Shown one piece after another: positions 31,408 to 43,262 of a stretch of 64,000 bases of DNA. Origin of the DNA: the human T2T-CHM13v2.0 reference genome, Homo sapiens. Every line of letters begins with the position of its first letter. Position 1 is the first letter of the stretch. The DNA is taken from NCBI RefSeq assembly GCF_009914755.1, contig NC_060926.1; one strand, written 5' to 3'. The translations under genes were made by a program, and so were the position numbers. The notes beneath the pieces are model-generated. The model worked only from the letters and a program-made list of their open reading frames with translations. It was not told where the DNA came from and did not search any database.

Positions 31408-31745
31408 TGTAGTAGTCATTAATGTTGCTCTCCAAATATTGCAGGCACAGGCTAGAATTGCACTTTTTAACTCCCTACAGTACTTGGGAGCCATGTGACG
31501 TGTTCTGGTCAATGAGTGATGAGCATAAGTTATGAGAGATAATTTCACTGCCCCAGAGATTGTTTGTAGGGATTCCTTTTTCTCTGTCTCAGTGCCAGTT
31601 AATATTCCATATAGTAACTGTTACGTATACTTTGATCATAAAGTGAGGAGGGTAACAAGATAAATCTGAACTGTGTGTTATATATAATAATTGTAATTTG
31701 GGCATTAATTATTACCATATCATTTAGCATTTCCTGGTAAGTACA
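31408..31745 (+). mobile_element. MLT1 (MaLR) LTR, degenerate
   Basis: tgtagtagtc ... agccatgtgacgtgttctggtcaatgag ... gtaca. Confidence 0.65.
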
Positions 31746-32100
31746 CCACCAACTACCCCAAATTCAAATATAAGTAATAATAAGGGAGAAATAACAAAAA
31801 GGATAAGAAAGGAGAAAAAAAAGAGAGAGGGAACAAAAACAGCAAAGGCAAATAAGTGACAAATCTCATAAAGGAAAAACCCAAGGAAACAGAAGAAAAG
31901 TTATGATGATACCAATCCCACATTTAAAGGAAATAGAGATAATATGTTCTGTTTTTTAATAAATGCTCAAACAATAGATGGATTTAGACATAAACCAACA
32001 GAAGAACATTAAAATAGAAGAAAATATGTCTAAAAAATTAGAAATAAAATTATATCATATAAAAGAGTCTAGTGCATAAGAAATAGTCAAGAGCAGGAGT

Positions 32101-32346
32101 AGAAAGACTTACTGTAAAGGGCCAGATATTGTCAATCTTTTTTAATTTAGTTATTCTAGAGGGTACATAGTATTACCATATTATGGTAGTAATTTGTATT
32201 CTCCAATTTGATCAGTATATAGAGAAAGACTTTTACTGTAAAGGGCCAGATATTGTCAATCTTTTTTAATTTAGTTATTCTAGAGGGTACATAGTATTAC
32301 CACATTATGGTATTAATTTGTATTCTCCAATTTGATCACTATATAG
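32101..32346. repeat. Tandem duplication, units of 122 and 124 bp
   Basis: agaaagactt...tatatag repeated head to tail, with 3 substitutions and a 2-nt indel. Confidence 0.97.
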
Positions 32347-35300
32347 AGTTTATTAAATTTTCATGGACTTCTGTGAGTTTTCTGTTAAAATACTTGTCTA
32401 ATATTTATTGAATTGTATTATGTTTTGTTTTTATAAATTATTTTATAAATTATTATTCATTAACAAATTCTTTGTGTGTGTATATATATATATATAAACT
32501 TTTTTTCTCATAGATAGATGAGAAATGCTAGCAAGGAAACTACTCTGTATGATACCATAGTAGGTACCTGTCATTATACATTTGTTACAAATTATTTATA
32601 TTTTATAGGCTTTTTTTTTTTTTGAGACAGGGTATCACTCTGTCGCTCAGTTTGGAATGCAATGGCATGATCACAGCTCACTGCAGCATTGACCTCCCAG
32701 TCTCAGGTGGTCCTCCCACCACAGCCTCTTAGGTAGCTGAGACCACAGGCATGCGCCCCCACACCTAGCTATTTTATTTTATTTTTTGTATTTTTTGTAG
32801 AGATGAGGTTTTATCATGTTGCTTAGGTTGGTCTTGAACTCCTGGGCTCAAGTGATGTGCCCACCTTAGCCTCCCAAAGTGCTAAGATTACAAGTGTGAG
32901 CCACCATGCCCAGCCTCATTTAAAAAATTAAATGGTACTTTGAAGAGTAATTTTTACATTAATGACATTTAATATATCTTATCTTTCTTTTACGAGTTGT
33001 GATTTGATTACATGTCCCATTTAAGAAATCTTGGTCTAGTACAACTTACTCATAGGCTTTCTTCTGTGTTTTCTCCTAGAATTTTTATAATTTGTAGCTT
33101 TTAAATTAGATCTATGATCCATTTTTATTTTATTTTATTCATTTTTTTTCTTGATAGACTTTATTTTTAGAGCTGTTTTAGGGTCATATCAAACTTGAGC
33201 AGAATGTACAGAGCTTTCCCATGTATCCATTGTTCCCATATATACACAGACTCCCTCACTATCAAAGTGTTGCACCCTAGCAATACATCTGTTACATCGA
33301 TGAACCTGCATTAACACATCATCATCACCCACAACCCATAGTTTATATTAGAGTTCATTCTTGGTGTTGTCCATTCTATGGGTTTTAACAAATGTATAAT
33401 GACATGTATGCACCATTACCGTATCACACAGAGTAGTTTCTACTCTTCCCTCCTTCACTTGTGACCCCTGGCAACCACTGATCCTTTTATTATCTTCACA
33501 GATTGTCATATAGTTTGTTAGAATCATACAGTAGGCAGCCTCTTTATGCTGGCTTCTTTCACTTAGTAATATGCATTTAAGATTACTTCATGTCTTTTCA
33601 TGGCTTATAGTTCTTGTTTTAGCATTGAATAATTCTATTGCCTGGATATACACTAGCATATGTATCCATTCTGATACTAAAGGACATCATGACTGTTTTC
33701 AAGTTTTGGCATTTATGAGAAAAGCTATTATAAATATCTGGGTGTGGGCTTACCTGTGGAAATCAGTTTTCAACACATTTGGGTAAATACCAAGGAGGAT
33801 AATTGCTGGATTATATACGGTCTTTAAAAAACTTTATTGAGGTATGATTTAAATACCATAAAATTCACTCCTTGTAAGTATATATGTTAGTGAATTTTGG
33901 TAAAATTTAGAGGTTGTACAATCATCATCACAATCAAGTTTTAAAACATTTCTACCACAGTAAAATTTTCCCCTTCCAATTCCAAACTATAGGCATTATG
34001 TCTGTACTGATTTGCCTTTTCTGAACAGTTTATATAAATTAAATAATTCTATATGTGTTCTGTTATGTCCAGTTTCTTCCATGGCATAATGATTTGCACT
34101 TCACCCTTGTAATAGCATGTTTCAATAGTGTATTCCTTTTCATTTCTGATGATTATTCTATTGTATGGATAGGCCACATTTTGCTTATCCACTTTCCAGT
34201 TGAGGGACACTTGTATTGTTTCGTCTTAGGGCTACTATGAATAATGCTGCTAATGAACGTTCACAAATAAGTCTTGTATGGACGTATGGCTTCATTTCTC
34301 CAGGAGCTATGATCCCTTTTGAGTGTGTATGAAGGCGTGTATGGAATGAGGTAAGTGTCAGTTCATTTTTTATCCTACGAATGTCAGTTATTCCAGCACC
34401 ATTTGCATAAAGACTATCCTTTTTAAAGTGATTTAACTTGGAGATTTGTCAAAAATCAATTTACCATATATATTTGGGCCTATTTCTGGACTCTATGGCT
34501 CTATTCTGTCTAAATAATATAAGGTCTATACTTTTGCCAATGACAACGTTTATTAATATGTATTTATGATACATATTGATATCAAGTAGTATAGTACTCC
34601 CACTGTAGTTCACTTTGGGTGGTTTATATTGATAACCTTTTCTTCTGCAGTATGTACTCAGGTGTTACTCCTAGCCTATGAAATTTCATTTCAGATAGTT
34701 TATATTTTAAATCTCAAAGTTCTATTTGTTTTTTCTATATATATTTTATTTCTGTGCTCATCATGCCCATGTTTTCCTTTAAATCAGTGAACATTTTGAG
34801 ACTATTTACAGAAGTTCTTTTGATGTCTTTATTTAATAATTCCATCAACTATGTCATTTTTGGGTGTTTGGCTGAAGTCTTTTCTAAGAGTCTGTCATTG
34901 TTTTCATGATTATTGTCTTGTCCAGTTTTAAAAAAAATTTTTTAATTAAAACTTTAGCATTATTAATTTTACATTATTGAGTGCTAGGTTTTCTTATACT
35001 AAATTATTTGACTTTGTTTCTACATGAGTTGTTATATGCATTTCAGGTTGATTCTTTTGAGGCTCATTGTTCAAGCTTTGTTTGGATATTTATACATTAC
35101 CCTTTACCCCAGTGATAGTTTGCCCCACTCCTATGTCCAGTACTTTTCAGGTCTTTATTCAATAGGCTATGTATTCAACAAGATCTCTTCACTCTGCCTG
35201 GTAAGAACATGAATGGTTCCTGGCCCTTTTGAGTTCAGGGAATTGTTTGGCTTACAGCTCCTAGGTAATTGTATTTTCCCAAAAGTTTTTCTTTGTACAA

Positions 35301-35725
35301 CTATGCAGAGTTTCACCTTATGCATGCACAGATTAATCTTCAGCTAGTGACTCAAGGAGTCAAGTATACAGATTTCTGTAATCTTTTTCTGCATATTTTC
35401 CTCTGTTTTAGCATTGAGCACTGAAAATTATCTACAAACAACCTCCACAAGCTCCAAATTCTGCCTCCTTACATCAACCAGAATGATGGTCTTTGTTTGG
35501 TTATATCCAACCACTGCTACAGCTTGAAACCAACTTTATCGAGAAAACCATAGCAATTATAAAGCTTCCCTCATTTGTTTACCTTATCTCAATTATCATA
35601 GTCCTGAGCTGCTTGTGATCTGCTGTCTAAAACAATAATTTTATATAGTTGTTCGGATTTTGAATTGTTTGCAGGCATAAAGTAAGTCTTGTTCTTGTTG
35701 CTTTTGCTTATCTGGAAGTAGAAGT
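32130..35725 (-). mobile_element. Composite old L1M block: host L1M with nested L1MC1-like (~33150-33820) and L1ME/MB-like (~33825-34300) 3' ends
   Basis: Antisense L1 3' UTR motifs (gactttatttttagagc; actttattgaggtat); ctatgatcc(a/c)tttt repeated at ~33112 and ~34307; L1M 5'-type end ggaagtagaagttct at ~35715. Confidence 0.7.
32611..32915 (-). mobile_element. AluJ SINE
   Basis: J-type features gatcacagctcactgcagc, tcctcccacc and ctcctgggctcaagtgat. Confidence 0.92.
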
Positions 35726-35739
35726 TCTCTTACATAGTG

Positions 35740-36999
35740 AAAAAACTCCAAGACACAGTCTGAGCAATGATTTTCAGAATAGAAACCCCAGAACAGAAGA
35801 AACAAAAACAACAACATTCAAATGGAATTGCATTAAATTAAAAACATTCTGCAGAGCAAAGGAAACATTCATCAGAGTAAGGAGATAACACAGAATAGGA
35901 TAAGATATTTGCAAACCATACATTTGATAAGGGGTTAATATATTAAAAAAATAAGGAAGTCAACAGTGTGAAAACAAATAACCACATTAAAAAATGGGCA
36001 AAGGACTTGAATAGAAAATTCTCAAAAGAAGACAAATACTGTCTGGCCTGTCTGAGACATACGTGTCTGGCCAAAAAAATAAATATACTTCTTTGGCCAA
36101 AAGGTATATAAAAATGCCCAAAATCAAGAACCAGGGTAATGTAAATAATAACCACAATAAAATGTCATCTCACTTCTGTTAGAATGACCATTATTAAAAA
36201 GATGAAAGGCAGCAAGTGTTGCCAAGGATATGGAGAAAAAGGAACACTTAGATACTGTTGATGGGAATGTAAATTGTACAGTAATTATGGAAAACAATAT
36301 TGAGGTTCCTCAAAAAAATTCAAAATAGAACTACAATATGATATAGCAATTCTGCTTCTGGGTATATATCTTAAGAATATGAAACCTGGATGCCCACAAT
36401 ATATCTGTACTCCCATGTTCATTACAGCATTGATCATGATATCTTAGATATCGATTTAACCTAAGTGTTCATGGATAAGTGAAAAGATTTAAAAAATGTG
36501 ATACACACACACATGAATACACACACACACGTAGAAGGAAATATTATTCAGCCTTAAAATGAAGAAAATTGTATTATTTGCAACAACATGGATAAAGGTG
36601 AACAACATGTTATGTAAAATAAGCTAGAAACAGACAGACAAATACTGCATAATCTCATTTATATGTGGAATATAAAAATGGAACTCAGAGAAATAGAGTA
36701 GAATCATAGTTTCCAGGGCTGGAGGTGAGGAAGAGAATGGGGCAAAATTGACCAAAGGGTATAAAATTTCAGTTATGCAGGATGAATAAGTTCTTGAGAT
36801 CTAATATACAACATGCTGAATATAGTTAATAAAACTTTATTGTATAGTTGAATAAAGTAGATGTTGAATTTTCTCAGTATAGAAAAAAATGGGAATTTAT
36901 GAGGTGATTGGTATGTTAATAAACTTGATTATTGTAACCCTTTTATAGTATATACATATACCAAAACACAATTTACCACCTTTATTTTCTAATTATACC
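35740..36999 (+). mobile_element. L1MA 3' fragment (ORF2 end plus 3' UTR)
   Basis: aaaaacattctgcagagcaaagg ... tcagttatgcaggatgaataagttc ... aattatacc. Confidence 0.88.
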
Positions 37000-37319
37000 T
37001 GTATTAATCTGTTTTCACACTGCTGATTAAGACATACCAGAGACTGGGCAATTTACAAAAGAAAGAAGTTTATTGAACTTACAGTTCCATGTGCCTGGAG
37101 AGACCTCACAATCATGGCAGAAGGTGAAAGGCACATCTCACATGATGGCAGACAAGAGAACAGAGCTTGTGCAGGGAAACTCACATTTTTAAAACCATCA
37201 GATCTCATGAGACGTATTGACTATCACAAGAACAGCATAGGAAAGACCCGCCCCCAAGATTGAATTACCTCCCACCAGGTTAGATGAGATTTGGATAGGG
37301 ACAGAGTCAAACCATATTA
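37000..37319 (-). mobile_element. THE1 (A/B-like) MaLR solo LTR with a small internal deletion
   Basis: tgtattaatctgttttcacactgctg ... acaatcatggcagaaggtgaaagg ... gggacagagtcaaaccatatta. Confidence 0.93.
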
Positions 37320-38549
37320 ATATCCCATTAAATCTGGGGGGAGAAAGATCTGAGTGACTCCTCTACATTAAAAAAAACTTCCTTTGATATAGCACATGAA
37401 AGATGAGCCTAAGAAGCCTGAGAAGGTTGAGCACATTGACAAGAGCTTATCCAATGCAATGTAAACAAAAGACCAGCAAAATTGAGAGTAATAATTTAGG
37501 CAGTCTCTCTTGGCCACAAACAACTCCATGCTATTGGTATTTTCCTCACCAGAAACCCTTGCTATGCCCTTTAATACTCTGAATTTAACAGCAGAATCTT
37601 CAAAATAAAGAATGAATATATTTTTCTTTGCACAGTTACTTAATTTCTTGGAAGTTGACTCAACTTTTCTCTTTTAGTGCTTTACCCTATTAATTTTGAC
37701 CAAAAACCTTGAGAATGTTTACACTGACTATTCCAGTAAAATTACTTGACTCTCGTAATCATTTGTTGAGAAGTTACTACATGCAAGGTAGAAGTCCTCA
37801 AAAGTAGAAAGTGAGAGGGAAATTAAAACTAACTTTCAAATAAACAACTTTTTTTTTTTATTGCATTAAGAGCTCAAGAGTTACTGAAAGTCTCTGATGC
37901 AACCCAGTATGGGTTCACCAAATTCACCATTTGAAACCTCTCCTTCACTAGCTTTGACACTGCACTGAGACAGGGGAGTTTACTGCCACTTTTTGCTTTA
38001 AGCCTTCTCTTTATTTGCTGGATGACTAAAAACTATTATTATGGGGACCCACAGGCTATTAAGGCTATATAGAGATCTAGGTTAGTAATTATGATTATAA
38101 TAATAATAGTAACAATATTACACTATATATATTAACTTTTTTTGATTTAGTAAAATGGAAGTTTAGACATATAATACCTAAGTAACTGGGGGCTAGTGAG
38201 GTACAACATAGATTTTTAATTTCCTGATTTCTCTCAGTTGAGCCTAAACCTATAATACCTCTTAAATTATTTAAATTATGTTTTTTATATATGCCATAAT
38301 TATTCACTCATTTATTATAAAATGATCACTCAGGAAGACTGCACTGATATAAGTCTACAATACAAACTCTGAAGTCCTCAAGACAGTTTCTATCTTAACA
38401 ATGTTTCTTTCTTGGAAAATATGCACTATGGCTGAGAGAAAGTGGGTTTTAAATTATTATTTGTTGAATTAATGAATGCATGTATGAATGAATTAAATGA
38501 ATTCATAAACATATTTTTATTGTAGATCTATTTTAAAATAAAGAAGGGT

Positions 38550-39160
38550 CATTTTATCCAACAAACTGAAATATGTTTCTGCTAGATTAAATATAGAAAA
38601 GTAATTCCAATAGAAAAATTATGAAGGAATCCTTATCAAATTTCTAGAGTAAAAATTATCTTGAGCTTAAACAAAATATAATTATTTGAGGAAAAGGTAA
38701 GTTGATTAGAAAAAACATAATTTTACAGGAAATACATTAAATAATAGAATGAACAAAATACTAGGACAAATTCACATCCAGTGTAATAACAATCCAGTGT
38801 CATTGTTAATTAGTTAGTTTACACAAATTGATGTGAAATACGGTAAAACATAAATAGATACATTTTCAAAGAGCATGAATATAAAATTAAAGCAAAAATG
38901 CCACCAGCAAGTAAACATGAAAAATTTCCAAGCTGAAATATATAAATTAAAACAATTACATTTTTATCAGTAGCAAAGTTTTAAAGGTAAAAACCTCTTA
39001 ATATCTAATGCTGGCAAAGATGTGAAGAAAGCTGCAACATTTACAATGCTGTTGGTAGTGTAACTTATAATGCTTTACAAAATCTTTACATTTTGAGCAA
39101 AAAAGAAAAGGTATATATTATTTTATTCTCTAATACAACTTATAGATATTTTACTAGAAA
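38550..39160 (+). mobile_element. Degenerate L1ME-type fragment
   Basis: tgctggcaaagatgtgaagaaa ... tgctgttggtagtgtaa, resembling L1 ORF2 C-terminal DNA. Confidence 0.45.
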
Positions 39161-39299
39161 ATGAATTATAATTTATAATTTATTATAAATGAATTATTTA
39201 TAATACTTACAATTATGATCCGTTTTAAAGGCACTATAGTTAGGAAGATGACAATGATTACAGAAATTTGGTTACAACCTGAGGAACTATTTTGTGGCT

Positions 39300-39505
39300 C
39301 ATTTAGCATAGTGGTAAGAACTTGAAAGCATCAGGTTCTCTTTGTTTGAGTCACAACTGAAACATAACTATCAGTCTGATTTCTATATTTTTAAAAAATT
39401 CTGGGCCTCGGTTTATTCATTTATAACATATGGATATATATATTTGTGTATGTGTCAATAAATAGATTTGTGTACATGTTTTCCCACATACTTGTGAAAA
39501 TTCAT
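39300..39505 (+). mobile_element. MIR SINE (degenerate)
   Basis: tagcatagtggtaagaac ... tctgggcctcggtttattcatttataa. Confidence 0.55.
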
Positions 39506-40175
39506 GGATTGCAAGGTGGGGTCTCTCTGAATTAACTCCCATATTTTGATCTATAAACACCTTCTATGCTTTTACTCTTTACCAGATGCTCAGGATTCAA
39601 AGATGTATAAGAGACTGACCTTTTCCTTAAGGGAAAGGCTATCTGAAAGCATACATTCAATGAAGGGGCATATTTCTATCAACAGGATATGGCAGAGGAG
39701 GAGGAAGTGAGAGGCCAATTTTATCTTAGATGTTATTACTCTTCTATCAATGTAGAGACTTTATCTTTTTCTTAACCTGTATACAGCTTAATTTTCAAAT
39801 CCTGTTGAAAAAGAATATCTATTCTTAATTAGTTTAGGAGTTATGGTAGATTATCCTCTGAAAGATTAATTACATGCTTTCCAGTGAAGTATTATAAACC
39901 ATAAGTTTAAAGTTGGACCAGATGCATTTCAGCCCTGAAAACTCATTAACCATCTGACCATGTTGCACATATGGTAACAAAGTGAAGAATGTATCCAGTC
40001 AAACACACATAAACACTTCTTCATCATTATAGGACAACCATGTCTTAAAGTATGCCAGTAATCTTTCTATTTCTGATACCTATGAATATCAGAGAAATTA
40101 GTGAAGGGGAGATTTTAAATGAATTTATAAACCCACACTGAGTATACAGAAGTCAGGACTGTGGTCCTTAGTCTG

Positions 40176-40176
<1 letters not shown>

Positions 40177-40217
<41 letters not shown>
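40177..40217. repeat. Pure poly-T tract (T41)
   Basis: Directly visible; no Alu or L1 body attached. Confidence 0.97.
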
Positions 40218-40218
<1 letters not shown>

Positions 40219-40839
40219 GCCAAAGTCAGCATTTATCTCTCTTAATCTCAAGCTTAAAATACACTTGGGTTGAAAATGCGAAACTCCATGTTGAAAATGG
40301 ACCTTTTCTCTCTTGGGGATAGCAACTGCAATGATTTTATTGGCTCAAATGTTGCATTATGCCCAATCTTCCTATGAGTTTATCCGAGAGAAACTTCCCT
40401 CTCTTCTTCCTTATGCAGGTGTCAAGCTTGAGGCATATCCCAAATCTCCTTCACAACTTCTGTTCACAGTACAGTACAACAACTGTCAAAGTAAACATTT
40501 TGTGCAGCTCTTCTCTCGATCAAAAGATGGCAGCCAGCCTCAGCAGCCCAAACCCTTTCATAGATGAGATGGTTTCAAAGAGGAATATTTGACAGTTCCA
40601 TGTATACAGCCAGAATATGTCTGTCTATATTTGCAACCATGAAACTGGTATTTAAAAGATGCGTAGTGTTTTCAGGGGGAGGCTCTCAATCCATCAGATT
40701 GGTGCTATTGTTATTAATATACTAGTCAAAATAGTTTACTTCTGTGTTGTTGCTCTTTCTGTTTTTCTTTTTAATATTTTTGGTAAATGCCTCAGTTTGA
40801 TAGGCATTTCCATATGCATACGAGACACTGTACTAAATG

Positions 40840-40989
40840 TTAAGTAATGTTATGTACCAACTACCAGTTATGAAGTAATTAAATAAAAATGAAAGAAAGA
40901 AAAAGTAAAGTTAGAAGAAAATTAAAAACCAAACCACAGTAAGTTAAGGACCTTAACACATTGAATGGTTTTCCAATGGCATTTAGCTT
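40840..40989 (+). repeat. 150-bp dispersed direct repeat, copy 1
   Basis: ttaagtaatgttatgtacc...ccaatggcatttagctt; matches 42159-42308 with 2 mismatches. Confidence 0.98.
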
Positions 40990-42158
40990 TACACGAGATT
41001 GCTGTGTATTTTAATTAAACTTATTAATAAATAAAAGTTGGCAAAAAGAAAACACTCTATTCATCACTTTCTTTGAATGTGGCCAGTCCTTTTAAATTCC
41101 TTAACAATAACCAGAATAGCTTTCAAATTTTATATTGCTGTAATACATCCATATTGGCAAAGCAAGGCAGTATCTTATGATTCTTGAAAATGTTGCCATT
41201 TTGTCGCTGAATTTTTAGTTTAAAAAAAAGTGGATGGTGTCTTCTGATTTGAGTAGACAGTTTTGCATGTGTTTACAGGTACAGATGGACCTACAACAAT
41301 GGTCAGGATCTGTTAAGCAAATAAGTTATTATTTTTCTCTCTATGAATATGAATAAATAAGTGGCAATTTGACTTATTATTTCTCCTACTTTTGAAATGT
41401 AATGAATAGGGCTGATGGCAATTACCAAATTTCTAAATATAAACACTAAATTGCTTGCATAATTTTAAAAACAACCTGAGTTATTATCTTCTTTTTCAAT
41501 GGATATTTTTAGAATAATTTGTATTTATTTGCTGATTGTGGGTATTTATTTTCATGCAAGAACTTGACAAAGTATGTGAACAAACTTATCAAAATAAAAT
41601 GATTGAGAGAAAAGAGACAATATAGTGTGACATAAAATGCACGGGGAAAATTTAGAAACTTTTATTCTTTAAATATATCATTACTAATTTTCCTATATAT
41701 TCATCTTTACTATTATCTTTTTTTAAAGCTAGTAATGAAAGGTTGAAGTTTACCAGAGATTTAGACTGAAGGAAAAACAGTAATAAGGATTGGGTAAGCA
41801 TGTAACGTAATTTAATTTAATCATTTAATGTCAAGAACATTTTAAATAGATGTTATCTTCATGTTATAAACAACATATTTAAAGTATCACACTGATAAGC
41901 TTGATTGTACAGGTGATGAATGAAACTCTTTTCTGCAGAGGTAGTACATCTTTAATTAAACAGAGAAAGAAGAAAGAACAAGATTATAGAAGTAAATAAG
42001 TAACTACTAAGGAAAGGAAATCTTTCTGACTCAAATTATACTTAGATTGCACAGAAGAGACAAGGTCCACAATTTGATGTTTCTATTTTAAATTTTGGAA
42101 TACAAGTTCAAATATCTTTGCTGATTCAATAATGTTTATTTTTACCTCTGCCTCATTC

Positions 42159-42308
42159 TTAAGTAATGTTATGTACCAACTACCAATTATGAAGTAATTA
42201 AATAAAAATGAAAGAAAGAAAAAGTAAAGTTAGAAGAAAATTAAAAACCAAACCACAGTAAGTTAAGGACCTTAACACGTTGAATGGTTTTCCAATGGCA
42301 TTTAGCTT
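42159..42308 (+). repeat. 150-bp dispersed direct repeat, copy 2
   Basis: Matches 40840-40989 except accaatt/accagtt and acacgtt/acacatt. Confidence 0.98.
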
Positions 42309-42859
42309 GAGGGCTGCAAATCGGACCACAGGCATCTTTGTGGCCAATGTAAAGTGAAACATAATCATTTGTTTTATTCCCAGTACCAAAAATGTTTGTA
42401 AAGAAATCAGAACAGTTGCTCAGCACAATAATTTTTTTAAGAGACAGAAGCTGTGGATAAATGAAGTAAAAAAATAAATCCACTAATAAAATTTCATAAA
42501 ACACTGCAAATTCTGTTGGCAAGGATGGATATTCTTAACACTTTAATGCAATGATTTGCTTGGGAGGAATGAAACAAGTATGCAAAATTTAGTAAAAGAA
42601 AACAAAATATCTTCTAAAAGTTTTGACCAGGAATCTTGACTACTGTTTATTATATGATTTCAGCTCTGTAAAACATTATAAATTGGGTAGCTTAGTTATA
42701 CATAATATAAATTAAAGTACCTTAAAATGCATTTGAATTAAATACAATTTCAACAAAAAATGTCCATCTTGTATTTTAAGATGTTAGCATATTAGTCTCC
42801 ATATTAATGTAGAATTTATATTGGGAGGTAAAAACACCATTTAATAGGCTACATGCATG

Positions 42860-43262
42860 CATGCATGCACAAACATATGCAATGGAATATAATTCAACCT
42901 TAAAATAGAAGGAAACTCTGTTACATGCTATAACATAGATGAACCTTTATATAGGGTATGAAGACATTATACTAAGTGAAACTAGCCTGTTGCAAAATAA
43001 CAACTACTGTATGATTCCACTTATATAAGATATATAAAGTAGACAATTTCAGAGAAACAAAAAGTAAAATGGTTGTTAGCAGGGGATAGGGTGAGGAGAA
43101 AATGGGGTGTTGTTTAAATGATATAGAGTTTCAGTTTTGCAAAGTGAAAAAAGTTCTGGAGATCTGTGAATATACTTAACACTACTGAACTATACACATT
43201 AAAATAGTTAAGGTGGTAAATTTAATGTTAGGTGTTTTTTACCAAAATAAAAAAAAGAAAAA
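42860..43262 (+). mobile_element. L1MB 3' UTR fragment
   Basis: aatggaatataattcaaccttaaaa ... tactgtatgattccacttatat ... agagtttcagttttgcaaag ... aataaaaaaaag. Confidence 0.85.
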
